Source of the DNA: an uncultured Clostridium sp. | GTDB taxonomy: Bacteria > Bacillota > Clostridia > TANB77 > CAG-508 | Direction: 5' to 3' | DNA length: 64,000 nt | Assembly: GCA_964370905.1 (NCBI GenBank) | Contig: CAYJKK010000005.1 | Coordinates: 666 to 64,665, forward strand | Shown here: in pieces, positions 59,262-64,000 of the stretch | Position numbering within the stretch: the stretch's first letter is position 1 | How the letters are laid out: the number at the start of each line of letters is the position of its first letter | Notes under the pieces: model-generated | Told to the model about the DNA's origin: nothing | Databases searched by the model: none | What the model saw: the letters and a program-made list of their open reading frames with translations, nothing else | Translations under genes and position numbers: made by a program

Positions 59262-59292
59262 AAAAAAGAATACTTTTCAAGGTATTCTCTTT
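59262..59292 (-). terminator. Intercistronic hairpin, family copy a (pgk-tpiA)
   Basis: AAAAAAGAATAC-ttttcaag-GTATTCTCTTT. It has the same core as the copies at 60569 and 61683. Confidence 0.5.
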
Positions 59293-59308
59293 AATTTTAC
59301 TATTAATT

Positions 59309-60493
59309 TTATTGACTTATTAAGCATTCTATTCCAGGTAATTTTTTTCCTTCTAAAAATTCAAGTGATGCTCCTCCACCTGTAGAAATGTGTGTCATTT
59401 TAGCATCTAACCCAGCTTTTTTAACTGCTGCTGCTGAATCTCCTCCACCAATAATTGTAACTGCTTCTACTTCTGCTAAGCATTTAGCAATTTCATTTGT
59501 ACCAATTGCAAATTGATCAAATTCAAACAATCCAACTGGTCCATTCCAAATTATTGTTTTTGATTTTTTAATTTCTTCTTTAAACATTTCTATTGTTCTT
59601 GGTCCAATATCAAATCCTTCCCAATCTTTAGGTATTTCATTGTATCCAACAACTTTACTTTCTGTGTTTGGATCAAATTCTTTTCCTACTTTTGTATCTA
59701 TTGGTAATAACAATTTAACACCTTTTTGTTTTGCTTTTTCCATTAATTCTTTTGCTAATTCTAACTTATCTACTTCACATATCGAATTTCCAACTTCAAA
59801 TCCTTGTGCTTTAAAGAATGTATATGCCATTCCTCCACCTATCATTAAAGTATCTACTTTTTCTAATAAACTATCAATAACCCCTATTTTATCTGAAACT
59901 TTTGCTCCACCTAATATTGCTGCAAATGGTCTTTCTGGATTTTCTAGTGTTCTACCTAAAAAGTTCAATTCTTTTTCAATTAATAATCCTGATACTGCTG
60001 GTAAATAATTTGCTATTCCGGCTGTTGAGCTGTGTGCTCTATGTGCTGCACCAAAAGCATCATTTACAAATATTTCTGCCATTGAAGCTATTTTTTTTGC
60101 AAACTCCACATCATTATCTGTTTCTTCTTTATGGAATCTTACATTTTCAATTAGCATTATTTCTCCTGATTGTAATTCTTTTGCTTTTAATGTTGCATCT
60201 TCACCAACAACATCTTTTGCCATTATAACTGGCATACTTAATAATTTACTTAATTCATCTGCAACTATCTTTAATGAGTATTCTAATTTAAATTCTCCTT
60301 TTGGTCTTCCCATATGTGATGCAAGTATTAATGCACAGTTATTTTCTAATAAGTATTTTATTGTAGGAATTGCTGCTACAATTCTTGTATTATCCGTTAT
60401 ATTCCCTTCATCATCAGTTGGAACATTAAAGTCACATCTTACAAATACTTTTTTTCCTTTTAAATCTATATCTTTAATTGTTTTCTTATTCAT
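59309..60493 (-). CDS. pgk: Phosphoglycerate kinase
   Basis: 394 aa with RCDFNVP, NVRFHKEE, GGAKVSDKIGVI and STGGGASLE. Confidence 0.97.
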   Translation of the reverse strand: MNKKTIKDIDLKGKKVFVRCDFNVPTDDEGNITDNTRIVAAIPTIKYLLENNCALILASHMGRPKGEFKLEYSLKIVADELSKLLSMPVIMAKDVVGEDATLKAKELQSGEIMLIENVRFHKEETDNDVEFAKKIASMAEIFVNDAFGAAHRAHSSTAGIANYLPAVSGLLIEKELNFLGRTLENPERPFAAILGGAKVSDKIGVIDSLLEKVDTLMIGGGMAYTFFKAQGFEVGNSICEVDKLELAKELMEKAKQKGVKLLLPIDTKVGKEFDPNTESKVVGYNEIPKDWEGFDIGPRTIEMFKEEIKKSKTIIWNGPVGLFEFDQFAIGTNEIAKCLAEVEAVTIIGGGDSAAAVKKAGLDAKMTHISTGGGASLEFLEGKKLPGIECLISQ

Positions 60494-60568
60494 TTTTCCC
60501 TCCGTTTAAATTATTTATTTAATTATTTAATTATTTAATTATTTATTTGATTAATAATTTAAATAACA

Positions 60569-60601
60569 TAAAAAAGAATACTGTTTAAGGTATTCTTTTT
60601 T
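60569..60601 (-). terminator. Intercistronic hairpin, family copy b (gap-pgk)
   Basis: AAAAAAGAATAC-tgtttaag-GTATTCTTTTTT. Confidence 0.5.
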
Positions 60602-60612
60602 ACTAATATTTA

Positions 60613-61635
<1,023 letters not shown>

Positions 61636-61682
61636 TTATCTCTTAAATTATTTTACCATTTTTAGGCATTTTTATTCTATAA

Positions 61683-61711
61683 CAAAAAAGAATACTTTTC
61701 AAGTATTCTTT
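61683..61711 (-). terminator. Hairpin family copy c (terminator of the GH15 gene, upstream of gap)
   Basis: AAAAAAGAATACTT-ttc-AAGTATTCTTT, with an 8-bp perfect stem. Confidence 0.55.
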
Positions 61712-61740
61712 AGTATCTTTTTTAATTCTTTTTAAATTAT

Positions 61741-63708
61741 TTATTTAACCTTTTTCCCATATAACTCTTCTAATACTATTATAAACATAGCATGAGACCA
61801 ACCTAAACCTATAACCCAATTAGGCTTCATAGTATCATTACTAACTTGCTCACCTAAAAAGTCATGTTTTCCCGATGAATTAATTACAAAATCAAAAGTT
61901 TCTTTTGCTTTTGGTATATCATTTTGCTTTAAATAGTATAAAGTCATCCACATATTAGCAATAGGCCATGGATTCCCATTCATATAGTGGTCATATTCAA
62001 ATCTTTTATACCCTCCTGTATATGTTCTTAAAGTTAAATTTATATTTTCAATAGTATTTCTAATTTCTTTTTCATTCGAGTCAAATACATTAAATGGTGT
62101 TACAGCACCTAATATACTTATATCCATTTTCCTATCTTCAATGTTTCTAAAATATACATTTTTACTTTTATCTAATAAATTTTCTTTAATATATTTTTTA
62201 ATTTCTTCACTTAAATATTTCAAATTTGTTTTAGTTTTATTTATTTTTTCTTCTTTTAATCTATTTGTTATTTCTGTATTTTTTTCTGATAATTTATCAT
62301 ATATATTAATCATATTTATAAATGCTGCATATATACTTGCTAACGAATATAGATGGATTCCTTCATTCATTTCCCATAAATCATAACTAATTGGAATTCT
62401 ATGTTCGTTATTTGGATTATACATTCTATCTAGTTCTTCTTTTACAATATCTTTTTTGCCTGGCAACTCTATTTTTAGCCAATCTTGGACATATTTAATT
62501 AAAAAATTTATAGCTTTTTCACACATTTGTAAATTTTCTTTTAAAAACTTTTCAGAATTTGTATATTTAAAATGCTCATATATACCATATATTACACTTG
62601 CAGTTTCATCTATTTGATACCCCCAACAAGGTGCTAGTTTTCCGTTTGTGTAAAATCTCTGTTCCCACATACCATTTTTACTTTGTGTTTTTTTACAAAA
62701 AGTTTTATAGAATTTTTCAGTTTCTTTTTCCATACCCAATATGTCCATTGCTTTTGCTATAAATACTGCATCACGTGGCCAGCAATATGCATATCTTCCA
62801 CATTTTGTAAAGTCTTCATCTATTTCTGGCGCTGCTATCATACCACCTGTTTCTTGATTTGATAACAGTGGAAATAATAATATACTTCTTTTATATATTT
62901 CATATATTTTTTCTTCATATTTACTTTTCTCTGGATCTATATTTAATGTATCATGTGTTTTTAAATATTTTCTCCAATATGCTTTTACACTATTATATTC
63001 TTTTAGCATATCAATTTTTGATATTCTATCTATTTCACCTTCTACATCTGATATATTTCCATTATCACCAATTATTACTAATAGCTCTAATACTCTTTTT
63101 TCATTTGGTTTGATATTTCCTATTTTATATGATATAGCTGAATCACTCGACATTCCTATATAGTCTTTATCAATTAATTCGCATCTTTTTATAGTTTCTT
63201 TTGCTCCATGAATTTTAGATTGTGATAAAATATATCCTTTTGCTATTGTTGATACTGTTTGGTCATGAGCATATTGAATCATTCCATTTTTTATCATTTT
63301 ACAACTAACAAAATTATTTGTATCAGTTAGTGTAGCTGAATGTACAAAAAACTCTAAATCCAAATCTATTTTACTATCATTTACAAATGTATACTTTCTT
63401 ACTAGAACATTTTCTTTATTCATTATATAGTCTGTTTGTAATATTTTTAAATTAAAATACGTATTAACAATTTCTGTATTTAAAATATTTGTATCTGTAT
63501 CATAATATTGTTTATATTCATTATTTACGTCATCGTGTAAATATATCAAGTCTGATTGATTTACTTTTACACCTGTATGAAAGTATTTTATATATTGCTT
63601 AATATCTTTACTTGGGAAATACATTCTTTGAATTTCCCCATTTGAAGTAAAAGTTGTAAGCATATTTTTATTTCCTATTATTGCTTCATTTAAATATTTT
63701 TCTTTCAT
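61741..63708 (-). CDS. Glycoside hydrolase family 15 (glucoamylase/glucodextranase-like)
   Basis: 655 aa with YCWPRDA, YDLWEMNEG, GGYKRFEYDHY and NPWPIANMW, which are (alpha/alpha)6-barrel GH15-type motifs. Confidence 0.8.
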   Translation of the reverse strand: MKEKYLNEAIIGNKNMLTTFTSNGEIQRMYFPSKDIKQYIKYFHTGVKVNQSDLIYLHDDVNNEYKQYYDTDTNILNTEIVNTYFNLKILQTDYIMNKENVLVRKYTFVNDSKIDLDLEFFVHSATLTDTNNFVSCKMIKNGMIQYAHDQTVSTIAKGYILSQSKIHGAKETIKRCELIDKDYIGMSSDSAISYKIGNIKPNEKRVLELLVIIGDNGNISDVEGEIDRISKIDMLKEYNSVKAYWRKYLKTHDTLNIDPEKSKYEEKIYEIYKRSILLFPLLSNQETGGMIAAPEIDEDFTKCGRYAYCWPRDAVFIAKAMDILGMEKETEKFYKTFCKKTQSKNGMWEQRFYTNGKLAPCWGYQIDETASVIYGIYEHFKYTNSEKFLKENLQMCEKAINFLIKYVQDWLKIELPGKKDIVKEELDRMYNPNNEHRIPISYDLWEMNEGIHLYSLASIYAAFINMINIYDKLSEKNTEITNRLKEEKINKTKTNLKYLSEEIKKYIKENLLDKSKNVYFRNIEDRKMDISILGAVTPFNVFDSNEKEIRNTIENINLTLRTYTGGYKRFEYDHYMNGNPWPIANMWMTLYYLKQNDIPKAKETFDFVINSSGKHDFLGEQVSNDTMKPNWVIGLGWSHAMFIIVLEELYGKKVK

Positions 63709-63723
63709 AGTTTTTCTCCTAAT

Positions 63724-64000
63724 TTATCCTTCAACAACATTTATAATTTGTTTTTCTAGTTCTTTTATTTTTTCATTTATCCTAAACATATCTTCATCTC
63801 TTAAATTTTTACTATCAACATCATCTTTAACATATGTTTCCATATCTTTCATTTCTTGTTTAATTCTTTCTAATCTAACTAATATTTCTGATTTAATTGT
63901 TTTTGGCTGTTTAAGTTTTATAGTATTTGTCAACTCTACTTCATTAGATAAATCATATGTTTGTCCATATTTAGGTATTATTGTATTTATTCCAATATCT
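63724..64000 (-). CDS. Partial CDS (3' end; the frame stays open to the window edge), coiled-coil C-terminus, function unknown
   Basis: The track lists 63724-63933 from a TTG. The same frame continues open upstream to position 64000 (..DIGINTIIPKYGQTYDLSNEVE-LTNTIKLKQPK..), so the real start is probably outside the window. Confidence 0.5.
   Translation of the reverse strand, partial: DIGINTIIPKYGQTYDLSNEVELTNTIKLKQPKTIKSEILVRLERIKQEMKDMETYVKDDVDSKNLRDEDMFRINEKIKELEKQIINVVEG

Noticed and set aside
60500-60560. TTATTTAA/TTAATTATT tandem repeats upstream of pgk
   Set aside because: It is a low-complexity AT repeat adjacent to the conserved hairpin. I have no evidence of function beyond possible curvature or UP-element-like effects.

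Overview
This is a very AT-rich chromosomal segment, roughly 25-30% G+C by eye (not computed). It looks like a low-GC Firmicute, probably Clostridia-like: alpha/beta-SASP remnants, a PASTA Ser/Thr kinase, MutS2, long-form HPF and Era-YqzL-RecO synteny all point that way. Nearly all credible genes are on the - strand.

From about 8.5 kb to 64 kb the window is core housekeeping:
- hpf, recO, era
- a fabD-fabG-fabF-accB-fabZ-accC cluster
- tgt-queA, pnp-rpsO, folA-thyA, clpX-clpP-tig, rpmB, nth
- rpe-rsgA-prkC-stp, mutS2, dxs, clpC, nfeD-SPFH
- a gap-pgk-tpiA-gpmI block whose eno is inverted and replaced in the operon by a YezG/DUF600-type immunity gene

The left ~8.4 kb is accessory and looks like a defence island:
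- a degenerate DnaE-like fragment gene at the window edge
- a tightly coupled RNase J-like beta-CASP MBL nuclease plus a PD-(D/E)xK protein, which I regard as the best candidate for an undescribed system
- a DarT/DarG-like ADP-ribosyltransferase/macrodomain pair with atypical extra domains
- an ankyrin-repeat membrane protein
- an AAA+/DUF4143 ATPase

The DarTG-like cassette is bracketed by two ~343-bp direct repeats that are decayed alpha/beta-type SASP genes, and the same repeat also precedes the MBL operon.

Other notable points:
- 33-bp-periodic triple repeats lie upstream of both DUF4143 paralogs.
- Two genes are broken at homopolymer runs.
- A conserved hairpin recurs in three glycolytic intergenic regions.

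I recognised no rRNA, tRNA, CRISPR array, transposase or integrase. All similarity statements are motif recognition from memory, not searches.
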